From positions 51,150,001 to 51,214,000 of the forward strand of contig NC_043003.1 of the NCBI RefSeq assembly GCF_006345805.1: a DNA stretch of 64,000 nucleotides, read 5' to 3'. The notes beneath the pieces are model-generated. The model was given only the letters and a program-made list of their open reading frames with translations. It was not told the DNA's origin and did not search any database. The position numbers and the translations under genes are program-made. Below are positions 22,950 to 34,731 of this stretch, piece by piece. This stretch comes from Octopus sinensis. Its lineage: Eukaryota. The stretch's first letter is position 1; each line of letters starts with the position of its first letter.

Positions 22950-24960
22950 TAGGCGATTTAGGCTTACGCTAGCTCTAGCAAACCTGGCAGTGAATGGCTT
23001 CCCTTCGGTCCAGTCCATTTTTTGATGAAGCTGAGCACCCATCTCGTCACCTCGTCGTACGTCTTTCCCACCTGGAGACCTAAACTAAATCATACCTTGA
23101 GAAATTTAATCGGTCCATCTAACCAGAGCCTCATTTTTCTATTGGACGGTATGGAACTACCTTTCCATGTGCTATGTTGCAGGCCTTTGACTTTAGCTGA
23201 CTGATTTTAGCCCTTGTTATTGCCTTGTACTTTCTGAGAACAGCGCTGATCACCTTGATGTGATTGGTGTAAGACACTGTTACGATCTCTGCATCCTAGT
23301 TCGCGCGCGCTGTCCCTTACTATCCCTATTTTTTTGCAGTAGTGAATCAAGAGTCGGTACAGTTAGAAAAAAATGAGAGGGTACAACCTTGACGGATCTA
23401 GCGCATGATAGTAAATGGTTCTGGTAAATGGGCACTCACCCTATCACCGAGCAGATGTTGCTACACAATGAGGTGATCCAACCCCTGAAGACGTGACCAA
23501 AACCGACTGTGAGAAGAGCTGCCAAATATTGGTAATCGAACCTAATGGAAGCTTTCAATTGATCTAAGTTAAACAAGATTCCACTCGCGCCAGGTTCCTT
23601 GCCCACCCTCATGCGATACATCTTTATAAAGTATTACGTTTAGCGAAATTATGGGGTCTGAAATTATCAATGTAATTCCCCTTATTCAAAATGTTTCCCA
23701 GCAGTGCCACCGTTCCTCAGCTCACAGGACAGGTGGTTCTCACATTTTGCCGCCAAAAGCGGTAGATATCTTCCAAGAGTTTACCGAACGTAAAGCTCGT
23801 AGTGAAGACTATCCAAACCAGAACGTTTGCACCCCACGCAACCAACCAACGTTTCCAGTATTTCCATAGCTATTATCCGCTTTTTGCAACTCTCTGTCTT
23901 CCTTGCCTAAAAATAGAACACAGAGCTGCTCAAAAGCCGTATGCATCTATCACATTTTCAAGATTGTTTACCAAAGACTGAATTATGACTTTTGTTTCTA
24001 CATTGGGCCTCTGCCGCTCGGGCCTCTTGGAACGGCTTTCGTTTTTTTTTTCTTTTTCTCTCTTCTCTGGCAATGCAACTTTTGTGATTGTTTTACATTG
24101 AGGGCAAATTTCGCCTCAAACACGTTGGTCACGATACCTTTCCAAAGCGCTTCTTCTAAGGTTCTAACTAGGCCTCCCACTCATCTAGTTTTCTCTATCG
24201 TTAGATACTCACTAAATCTCTAATTACTCTAAAAACAATTTGTTGTTGGCGATTTTCTCAGTCAAACTTGTTGAAAGGCGTATTCAATTTCTGGTAACTG
24301 AGTCTCTATCAACGAAAATTAGGTCAACAATTCAAATAACAAATTTATGTCTATGTAGCCAATTTACGATATCTCTTTCTATTCGCCAACAGAATACACT
24401 ATCTACATACGATCTGAATAACCCGTTGCGGTTTATTTATGGTACATTCGCAAAACCTATATTTCGTACCTGTCAGGGAGTTGGAAACCTTTGAGCAAGT
24501 TTTAGAGATATTTGTACTACTTCTCCTGTCGGTTGATCCTACACAATCCCAGTGTGCATCCAAGATACCGTTCAAATCTAGCACTAGCACTAAATAATGG
24601 AACATTCCCAGAGAAGATGCTAGATGCCTAAAAAAATCAGGCTATCCCGCCCCTGTCTGGGTTTAGATGACCATCGCTGCTAGTCACGCCCAGCCACACA
24701 TACTTACCTTCTGGATCCAGAAAGATATTGCGAGGTGCAGACATATGTGAAACGACATAAGGACTCTGCCGTTACCAGTCGACTTATTGATATGTACACC
24801 TCGTTTCCTTCGTAAATGGGAGCGAAGGCTCATGCCTTGAATATTCTGGTCTGGCTGATGACTACCACATCTCCGTCAAGTTAGGCAGGTGGCTTGTTTT
24901 CAATGCGGGTGAAAGTGAGAGTGACCACTTATTCCTGTAGAAGGACTGGCGATCCCTCCT
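22950..24960 (-). mobile_element. Tx1/L1-like LINE ORF2 (AP endonuclease and RT), decayed
   Basis: FLDPEGKYVWLGVT, LNGILDAHWDCVG, FNLDQLKASIRFDYQYLAALLTVGFGHVFRGWI, WLDGPIKFLKV. Confidence 0.75.
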
Positions 24961-25015
24961 TCCCATTAGTTGTGAGTATTCTCATCTATAAATCTTTGAA
25001 CATTCTTTTATTTGT

Positions 25016-25325
25016 GGAGGCGCAATGGCGCAGTGGTTAGGGCAGCGGACTCGCGGTCGGAGGATCGCTGTTTCGATTCCCAGACCAGGCGTTATGTGTA
25101 TTTATTGAGCGAAAACACCTAAAGCTCCACGAGGCTCCGGCAGGGGGTGATGGCGACCCCTGTTGTACTCTTTCGCCCCAACTTTCTCTCATTCTTTCTT
25201 CCTGTTTCTTGAGTAACGCTGCGATGGACTAGCGTCCCGTCCAGCTGGGGGAAAATATACGCCACAGAAACCGGGAAACCGGGCCCATGAGCCTGGCTAG
25301 GCTTGAAAAGGGCGCATAAATAAAA
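25016..25325 (+). mobile_element. tRNA-derived SINE, family B
   Basis: A-box TGGCGCAGTGG, B-box GTTTCGATTCC, body GATGGACTAGCGTCCCGTCCAGCTGGGG. Reverse copies at 42050-42285 and (related) 57930-58220. Confidence 0.85.
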
Positions 25326-26184
25326 ATAATTCTTTTATTTATTGTCCCTCGTAAATCTCCCTTTCCGTCGCGATATTTTTTTTTGTCTTTGTTTTTTGCA
25401 AGTTTCTTGTGTAGTTTTTAAGGTTTATATGAAAGTTGTGAATGTTATTTTTTTATTGTCGTGTAGCCATTGTGTGTAGCGTTTATGTGTTAATGCATAT
25501 GGTTCGTTAAGTCTTTGTTCGTATCTACGACCGTGTAGGTTATGATATTTCTTTGCGGATATTGTTCACGTTGCTCGTTTAGGTGCAGACTGAGTTATGT
25601 TAGTGTTTATCATGGTGTTTCCAGTGTTGGTGTTGTCTGTCTGCGGCGGAGGCGGCAGTCGTGGTGATCGTGGCGGCGGCGGTGGTAGCGGTGGTCGTCG
25701 TGGTGGCAGTGGTCGTGGTATTATACTTCTAAGGCGGCGAGCTGGCAGAAACGTTAGCGCGCCGGACGAAATGCTTAGCGGTATTTCGTCTGTCGTTACG
25801 TACTGAGTTCAAATTCCGCCGGGGTCGACTTTGCCTTTCATCCTCTCGGGGTCGATAAATAAAGTACCAGTTACGCACTGGGGTCGATGTAATCGACTTA
25901 ATACCTATGTCTGTCCTTGTTTGTCCCCTCTGTGTTTAGCCCCTTGTGGGTAATAAAGAAATAGGCATTTTGTCTGCCGTTACGTTGTGAGTTCAAATTC
26001 CGCCGAGGTCGACTTTGCCTTTCATCCTTTCGGGGTCGATAAATTAAGTACCAGTTACGCACTGGGGTCGATATAATCGACTTAATACCTATGTCTGTCC
26101 TTGTTTGTCCCCTCTGTGTTTAGCCCCTTGTGGGTAATAAAGAAATAGGTATTGTACTTCTTTCAACTCTTCAAATCTGCCAGC

Positions 26185-26260
<76 letters not shown>

Positions 26261-26504
26261 CCAGATTTCTTTCATCCTTTTTCCTCTTCCTCTCTTTTCT
26301 ATTATCCATCTTTTATCGTCTTCATTCCAGAACATATCTGAGTGATTTGAATGGGTAAGGGGTTGTCCGATAAGACGCTTACTTTCCAATAACATGGTTC
26401 TGAGTTCAGTACCACTGCGTGACACCTTGGCTAAGTTTTCTCCCGAGCCAACCGAAGCCTTGTGAGTAGATTTGGTAGACGGAAACTGAAAGCAGCCCGT
26501 CATT

Positions 26505-26546
<42 letters not shown>

Positions 26547-26548
26547 CG

Positions 26549-26603
<55 letters not shown>

Positions 26604-26604
26604 A

Positions 26605-26636
<32 letters not shown>

Positions 26637-27053
26637 TGTGTGTAACGTCTCATAGAGTAGAATCAGATGAAAATTATAAAATAAAATAAAACCATAATGC
26701 CGCTATCTTTCGTTAAAGTGAGAGGGATAATGAAAGCCTTTGTTCGGCAATTTCCGTAAAAATTTTTTTTTTTCCAGCTGAATTTCGTATGTATATTTTT
26801 TGTGTATTATTATTGTGTGTATTCATGTATATTTGCGTAAGTACTGTGTATGTATGTGTATCTGCGTATACGCATACATACGCAAATATACGTACATGCA
26901 CATAAACTCATACATATACTTACATACACAAATATATAATAATTACATATACATGTGTGTATATATATATACACATACACAAATAAATACATGAGCATAG
27001 TACTTACACAAATATACATACACACAATACATACACAAAAAAATACATAAACA

Positions 27054-27218
27054 TAGGCGTAGGAGTGGCTGTGTGGTAAGTAGCTTGCTTACCCACCACA
27101 TGGTTCCGGGTTCAGTCCCACTGCGAGACACCTTGGGCAAGTGTCTTCAACTATAGCCTCTGGTCGACCAAAGCCTTGTGAGTGGATTTGGTAGACGGAA
27201 ACTGAAAGAAGCCCGTCG

Positions 27219-27249
<31 letters not shown>

Positions 27250-27443
27250 TTGTCCCCCCCCAACGTCGCTTGACAACCGATGCTGGTGTGTTTATGTCCC
27301 CGTAACATTAGCGGTTCGGCAAAAGAGACCGATAGAATAAGTACTAGGCTTACAAAGAATAAGTCCTGGGGTCGATTTGTTCGTCTAAATGCGGTGCTCC
27401 AGCATGGACACAATTAAAAAGTACTGAAACAAGTAAAAGAGTA
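27054..27443 (+). mobile_element. Full-length tRNA-head SINE, family A
   Basis: TGGCTGTGTGG A-box, GGTTCAGTCCC B-box, internal (TA)(GT) tract, tail ...ACTGAAACAAGTAAAAGAGTA. Confidence 0.85.
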
Positions 27444-28734
27444 TAAGCGCTTTAGCTAAAAAAAAAACAATTTTTTAAGAAATAAAAATTTTGTACAAAA
27501 ATTGCCGAACATTTTTATTATCCCTCTACCTTTATCGAAAGATAGACCAGAATCCTGTCTATTATAGGCACAAGGCTTGAAATTTTGTGGAGGGGACTAG
27601 TTGATTACATCGACCCCAGTAGCCAACTGGTACTTATTTTATCGACTCCAAAAGGATGAAATTCAAAGTCGACCTCGGCGGAATTTGAACTCAGAACGTA
27701 AGGACGGACGAACTGTCACTAAGCATTTTGCCCGGCATGCTAACGATTCTGGGCAAAACACTTAGCGGCATTTCGTCCGTCGTTGCGTTCTAAGCTCAAA
27801 TTTCGCCGATGCGGTGCATAAACACGAATTACTTAAGAATCATCTATTTTTTTTATCTATGGGAGGTAACTATATCATATACTATAACCACCGTTATATC
27901 GATTAAGGAAGAGTTGCGTCCCTTTAATATGAGACAACATGCAAGAGTATTTTAAAATTTATATTACTTCGTAGTTTCTAATATGTAAAATCCAGTTTTC
28001 TTTCACCAAACTACTACCTCGTATTGATGCTCCTTGATATTTGTCAAAAGCTACATTGACCAAAATATTGTTCATCGCCATAGTAAACAACAGAAGAGAG
28101 GGTGGTTAAGACAGTAACTGTGTATCAAGATGAAAAAGTTAATCCGTTACCGAATTATAAGGACCTATCACAGCCCGTCTTAAGTTCAAATACCCCTGTA
28201 TATGCTTTTTTGCTATTTTACGCTTGTTTTGTTGTTCCTAGACTAGGAATTACTATTTATCATTAATATTTTGATGGATTTAATGAAAAATTTTAGGCGT
28301 TCATATATATATATTTAAAATCCTCTAAGTCGTAATAGTTGAACCGCAAAGTAGCAAGGGCTCACCGTATTGCAAGAAACAGCTAAGTTTCCTTTCTCTA
28401 ACGTTTTACATGGCTCAACTCATGAGTTATCGTGTAAAAAAACAAAATTGGACTTTTGAAAGAAATGTCAATAAAACTAGTTTTTATGCACCAAATGGCT
28501 TTGGAGCTCCATCAGAACAGAGCAGTAATCAAAGGGGTCCATAGATAAAAAAATATGGTTAAAGACCACTTCTTTAGAGAAGACTCTTTTGTTTCTATAT
28601 AGGTGAATCTTTACTATCATCATTCAATATGTTCTTTAACTTTAGCCAGCTCTTTCACTTGAAACAGACCTTGTTACTTGCTCCTTTGCCAAAAGGATCT
28701 TTACCAATTTGAAAGAATGTCTTTTTGAGCGCTA

Positions 28735-29200
28735 AGAGCACCATCCGAGCGTGATCATTGCCAGAGCGTGCTAGTGGAGCGCTAAGAGCACCACCTGAGT
28801 GTAATCATTGCCAGAGCAGCTGACAGGCTTCCATGCCAGTGGCACATAAAAAGCACCATTCGAGCGTGATCGTTACCAGTGTCGCCTTACTGGCACGTGA
28901 AAAAACATTTGAGCAAGGTTGTTGCCAGTGCCATTGGACTGGCTCCTGTACAGGTGGCACGTAAAAGAAACCATTCGAGAGTGGCCATTGCCAGTACCGC
29001 CTGACTGGCCCTTGTGTCAGTGGCACCTAAAAGCACCCACTACTCTCTCGGAGTGGTTGGCATTAGGAAGGGCATCCAGCTGTAGAAACTCTGCCAGATC
29101 AGATTGGAGCCTGATGCAGCCATCTGGTTTGTCAGTCCTCAGTCAAATCGTCAAACCCATGCTAGCATGGAAAGCGGACATTAAACAATGATGATGATGA
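28735..29200 (+). mobile_element. Composite SINE with internal tandem ...GTGGCACGTAAAAAGCACC... units and RTE-type tail
   Basis: Repeated ~50-56-bp units, then GGTTGGCATTAGGAAGGGCATCCAGC...CATGCTAGCATGGAAAGCGGAC(GAT)n. Relatives at 41570-41760, 48481-48885, 51850-52340, 54920-55090, 59530-59880. Confidence 0.8.
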
Positions 29201-29429
29201 TGCTCCCCATAGTGATTTCTATTCACCTCTGCACTAATAAAAAAACATTCCATTCAAAGATCACCTTTGTCCATCTGCCATCCTACTAAATGTACACAAT
29301 CACCAAATATAGTCAATACTTCTGCAAGAATGGGTCAACAAAAGAGCTTCTATTTGATCTGCTAAAAATATCAGCCAAATCTCTTCAAATAACACTTCTA
29401 TTTATATAACTAGGGATATATTAATTATA

Positions 29430-30084
29430 ATAATAATAATAATAATAATTGTGTACAGTGCTCAGGTGCACTACAAGTCATCTAAAGTGTATATATAATC
29501 AGGTGTAGTTTCGGTGGATTTCGGAAAGCATGAAGGCCTTAAAGGATGCAGTGTCATCGCAGTCAACAACTGATGCAGGCAGTTTATTCCATGCTTCAGC
29601 AACTCTGAGCATGAAAAAATGTTTCCGAAAGTCATGGGAGCTGTGTTGTTTTCTGACTTTGTAGGCATGTCCACGTGTGTTAGACACATGGAGATCAAAA
29701 AGGTGTTCAGTGTTGTTGTTGGTGAGGTGGTTGATAACTTTGTGGATGTTTACCAAGTCCGTCGCCAGACGCCGGAGCTTCAGTGAATCCATGCCCAGGG
29801 AAACAAGGCGCTCAGAATATGGTAGGTGTCTGATGGTGGGTATGCGTTTGGTTGCACATCTCTGGACAGATTCCAGGAGGTCAATGTTCTGAGCAAGATA
29901 GGGGTTCCAAACTGATGATGCGAATTCCAAGTGTGGTCGTACCATAGCTGTATACAGTTTTAAATAGATGGCTGGAGAGCGGCTAACAAAAGTCTTGCTG
30001 AGTGATGCCAAGACACCCTCGGCCTTCTTGACAATTTTAGAGATATGCTTTGTCCAACGCAAATCACTGCTGACAGTGATGCCC
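29430..30084 (-). mobile_element. CR1-clade LINE 3' fragment
   Basis: ORF LYTAMVRPHLEFASSVWNPY...LESVQRCATK...LKLRRLATDL...RVAEAWNKLP, a 3'UTR and an (ATT)n tail. Confidence 0.9.
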
Positions 30085-31747
30085 TTTTTATGATTACAGC
30101 TTCAGAATCTTTGATAATTGGTCAGTTTGATCTGGGTTAACCTCATTCTAAACAACAACAACAACTATCCCATTTGCAAGCTGTATCCGCCTTCTATATC
30201 TGTCTATTTTTACTATAATTGTCCTGTTCCTCTGAACTATTAAGTTGTCTAGTACCCATCTTTAAAAACACTTAATCTAACTACTTTTCTTCCACTCATC
30301 TGCTCTGACCCACTTACCAAACACTGCATTTAATACACTAATTCTTCTTTTCTTGAACTGAGGCACACCCCACCACTCTCACCCTACCACACACACACTA
30401 TCCACATTCTTTCTACACACTATAGAGGATCATACTATAGGAGGATCATCTATAGAGGATCATACTAAATATCAAAGACAGCAATTTCACTAATGCTAGA
30501 AAACCTACAAAAGACATAGACACTTCCTTTGCTCCACTGACTAATTCTGAACAAAAAAAAAGGAACAAAAAAAATGGTAGAGCACCAGATCAAATGGTCT
30601 GTGGTATTTCACTGCCTCTCTTGCATTCTGAGTTAAAATCCCTCTTGGGGCTGACTCTGATTTTCAATTTTCTTGGATCAAGAAGACATGATGTTAATTC
30701 AAATGGTCTACCCACCTCCCATAGTCTTTGAACTAAATTTAGAGATCATCAACATTGTTTAATCATTATCAGCAACAGCATTATTCAATCATCATCATCA
30801 TCATCATCATCCTTAGCAATTCCCTAAATGAAAACCCTGACACTCTTAATTCAACCACTCTAATACACCACATCCATCAACTCTTCCTTCCATGATTTAC
30901 TGGGGTCCCATGACTGTTGGATGAAAGAGAGTAACTATCCTTACACACAGAAACCTGACCTAACAGTTTATAAAATAGAGTTCCAGAACTCATGTCTCTT
31001 ATCAATGTTCCACTATTCTTCTACCTTATTTATCATGCTTCCATGGTGATTTTTTCCCAAGGCCATCTCCACCACATGTCTATGCCATTGTATCTTTTTT
31101 TTTGTAAGTAGTTTATATATATTGTTACATATTATCTCTTCATAATGTTCTTATATTCAATGCCACTGGTCAAGATTATTTTTCTAATAAATTTTGTATA
31201 ATTATTTCATTATATTCTTTATTTCAGTGAATTTCTCATCTATCCATGATGCATTAAGGAATATGAAAGACTAGAGAATGACATTCTCAAGCAAACATAT
31301 AACATTGGTTATTTAACTCTGAAGAAACTTCATTTGTTGTCTGGAAATATTTACTGGATTTATATTGTGGATAAACTTGGGAAATTCAAAAGTAAACTTG
31401 AACAGAATGATGTGTTTCCATACTGGATATATCTTAATAACTGGAGCAAGTAGTATCAGTTTGAGTTGTTCATTTCTAACTACAAGACAAAAAAGAATAT
31501 GCTATGAATCTCTTCTAAAATGAACTTCAAAAATATTTCTTTACAGCTGAGGCATATCTACAGATATTTACAATTTTTATTGTTTCTTGTCAAGAGATGA
31601 TATGTCGTAAATTCATTGTAAATACATTGTAAATTCAGCAGCCAAATTTTGAACTCCTGACCTTGAAGTTAATAATAACTTTGTTAGCATGGTATTTCAC
31701 ATAAAGAAAGGATTTTCATTTGTATTTAATGAATACTACTTGATATT

Positions 31748-32578
31748 ATGGAAGAGAAAGAGTATGACACTCAGGTTAATGATGAAATGCGATCTGGTTG
31801 TAAAGATTTATCTCACCAGGCACAAGTACAGATAAACAAAAATTCATACAGGTGTGATATCTGCCTTAAAGTCTTCTTCCAGAATGAGCTTTTGTCTTAC
31901 CACAAATGTATTCATACATGTGAGAGACGATACCAACATGATATCTGCAGTTAAGTATTCCCAATGCATAATAAATTAATAAGCCATAAAAGTGTTCACA
32001 CAGGTGTGAAACATGATTGTGATATTTGTCACAAATCATTTTCCCAGAGAGAATATTTGTCTGTTCACAAACGTATTCATACAGGGGAGAAACCATACCA
32101 CTGTGATATCTGTAGTAAAACATTCTCTCAGTGTAGTAAACTAGCAAGCCGTAAAAGTATTCACATAGATGAGAAGCCATACGTCTGTGATATCTGTAGC
32201 AAATCATTCTCCGGCAAAGAGTATTTGAATATTCATAAACGTGTTCATACAGGGGAGAAACCATATTGTTGTGATATCTGTGATAAATCATTCTCTCGAA
32301 AAGAACATATGATTCTTCATAAACGTATTCATACAGGTGAAAAACCATATCTCTGTGATGTTTGCAGTAAAACCTTCTCTCAGAGAGAACTATTGATTAG
32401 TCATAAACGAATTCATACAGGTGAAAAACCTTATCAGTGTGATGTTTGTGGAAAAAGATTCTCTAGAGAAGATCAATTAATTAGACACATACGTATTCAT
32501 ACAGGCAAGAAACCACATAACTGTGATATTTGTGGTAAAGAATTCTCACACAAGAGCAATTTAACTTCAGGTGTGTGA
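31748..32578 (+). pseudogene. C2H2 zinc-finger gene A with in-frame TAA at 31952-31954 (pseudogene, sequencing error or recoded stop)
   Basis: ORFs 31748-31954 and 31964-32578 share one frame, separated by a single TAA (DICS*VFPMHNKLISH). Nine finger repeats with TGEKP linkers; six are canonical, finger 2 carries the stop and C->H, finger 4 has H->R, finger 9 is truncated. The ATG has an upstream in-frame stop and attATGg context. Confidence 0.85.
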
Positions 32579-32779
32579 GGAACCATGCATCTCATATCTT
32601 TGGTAAGACAGTATCTTAAAAGTTAGTGTCTTATCCTAACCTGACATACTAATTTAAGAAAAATAAACTATTTAAATTGTAAAATCATAATACTCTATAA
32701 AATCATGTAAGACTTCTCTGGCACACCCGTCATCATTTTACCATCCAGTTTCCCATGGCATCATTCTTCTCATACTCAT

Positions 32780-33640
32780 ATTTATCTTGTCTCCGAGGAT
32801 CAACATCTTTAGATCTTACCTTATTGCTTCCTTTCATATTTTCCTGCTTTTCCTCTACTCAAGGAAGATAAAGAACCGGGAAGCTCATAACTTTCTTTCC
32901 CCCTAGCTGCCAGCCATTTTCATTACAGATTCTTCTCCTGAATGTGTTGGCCATTACCTTTAACAAGCCAGTTGCTTTCTCAAATTAGTGTTATCTTGTA
33001 TTTTAGGAACCTTAATAGTGCACATTGATAGACAATTCTCAATGTTTTCCAGTCTCTGCTCACTGCAATCAAATTTCACTTACAATATTGCATAGTACTT
33101 CTTATATTTGCTTTATACAACTTGCTTTTGCATGAAGTATTTTGCCGTACACAAATATCTTTCTTTTGTTAGTTGTTATGCAAATATTGCAACCATTATT
33201 ACTTAACACAAATAATCTACTATTTTAAGTGAGCCATTTTAAATGTTCTTCCTAATAAGATCTGGTCAATCAACAATTGCTGATACTCTGCAAATTCTCA
33301 AGTGATGCCCACAATGGAACATTGCTCCCATATCTGAGGCAGTGCACCTGTTAAACAAACAGATATCCTGAACCACATCCATGGAAAGACCACTCAACTT
33401 AATAGCATAAAGTCATGCTCCAGTCTCTCACTTAAAAGTCTGTTGCCTCTGCTTTCAGCCCTTTCTGTTACTAGTATAATGGCCTTTAATTCTCCACTTC
33501 TGGTCACCCTTGTTGTATCTAATCCCTTCCAAGACCTCTCACTAACCACTATGCCCAGCGCTTCTGCTCTAGAATATCAGCCCTTTCAAATTTCCTCCTT
33601 GTTCATATCTTTCCTGGAAAGGATCAGAAAGATTTTCTTT
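32780..33640 (-). mobile_element. Highly decayed RTE-like RT fragment
   Basis: Scattered RT-like peptides across frameshifts; CpG-depleted. Weak support. Confidence 0.35.
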
Positions 33641-34462
33641 ATATTGGTAATTTATTCGTTATAGCAATGGTTATCATACTGACTAACATTAGTCCCAACC
33701 TCAATAAAAATATTAATCAAATTTCTTGCTCCATCTTCTCTTTATTAATAAGTGAACAAAACAGTGTTTGTATCTTTATCCCTTCTAAACTGTCTTAATT
33801 TTATTAAAAATGGTAATTTTGGGGCCCCATTTTCAATTTTCACAGCCAGCACCATCTCCTTATGAGAAATACTGGCTTAAGACAACACTAAGATGTCATT
33901 GGAGGGAGATTTTGCTGTTAGAAAGTGATTGGTGTTAGGAAGGTCCCAGCCATAGAAATAACACCAAAAACAGAACAAGAAATTCAATTTGTTTAATGTC
34001 CTACTAACCTACAACACACTTCTCTAACTGTGCCCCACACACACATACCACACCACCACTGTTCATCTACTTTAAAATTATGTCAAACTGTTCAGTTAGG
34101 ACAAAAATACATTTGACAGTTGTTGATTTAAAGGGTTTTGTAAGCTTGCAAGGTGATAATGTTTCTACCCTTTGCTGTACTTTCATAAATATCTCACACT
34201 GACTGAGGATTACCGCTGATGTAGCAATTAAATATCAGTAGCAGAAACTAATATTATCAACTTCATAAATGAATAGGCAAATCATTCACACTCTATTAAT
34301 GCAGTATTGAGTACTCTTTCAATTGTCATACCAACATAACTATGCTCCTGGTGGCTTCAATCCAGATAAGAACTACCAACAAAGAGTAGAACACCCAAGC
34401 CACAAAGCAATATGGGACCACTATATAAAAGTTGTACCAGATGACTAATAAAAAGATAAAAT

Positions 34463-34731
34463 TTAGGGTTAGGGTTAGGGTGAGGGTTAGGGTTTGTGAC
34501 AGGATGTTGTCTCAGTTTTAGACGCAGCAAATGATTTTAGCTCAATAGAGGCGATTCATTGGTTAAAATTCGAAAAATTAAACTACGTTAAACAAACAAA
34601 TTACAATTTTCTCAAGAAAGCCAAGAGAAAAAAATGTTTTATTTTGACACATTCTACCAGTATACGAAGTTTTAAAGTGTTTAGTTAACTAGAAATTGTG
34701 TTGACATGTGCCGTTCAAAAGGAAAAGATCC
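34463..34731. repeat. (TTAGGG)5 array heading a dispersed repeat
   Basis: TTAGGG x3, TGAGGG, TTAGGG at 34463-34492, followed by a non-simple segment ending GGAAAAGATCC and a (GATA)/(GATG)/(GACG) tract. Confidence 0.6.

Noticed and set aside
25016-25090. tRNA genes
   Set aside because: All A/B-box heads continue into SINE bodies and lack a complete cloverleaf.
31866-32348. Antisense ORFs over the ZNF genes (also 38718-38978)
   Set aside because: Shadow ORFs arising from the periodic finger codons.
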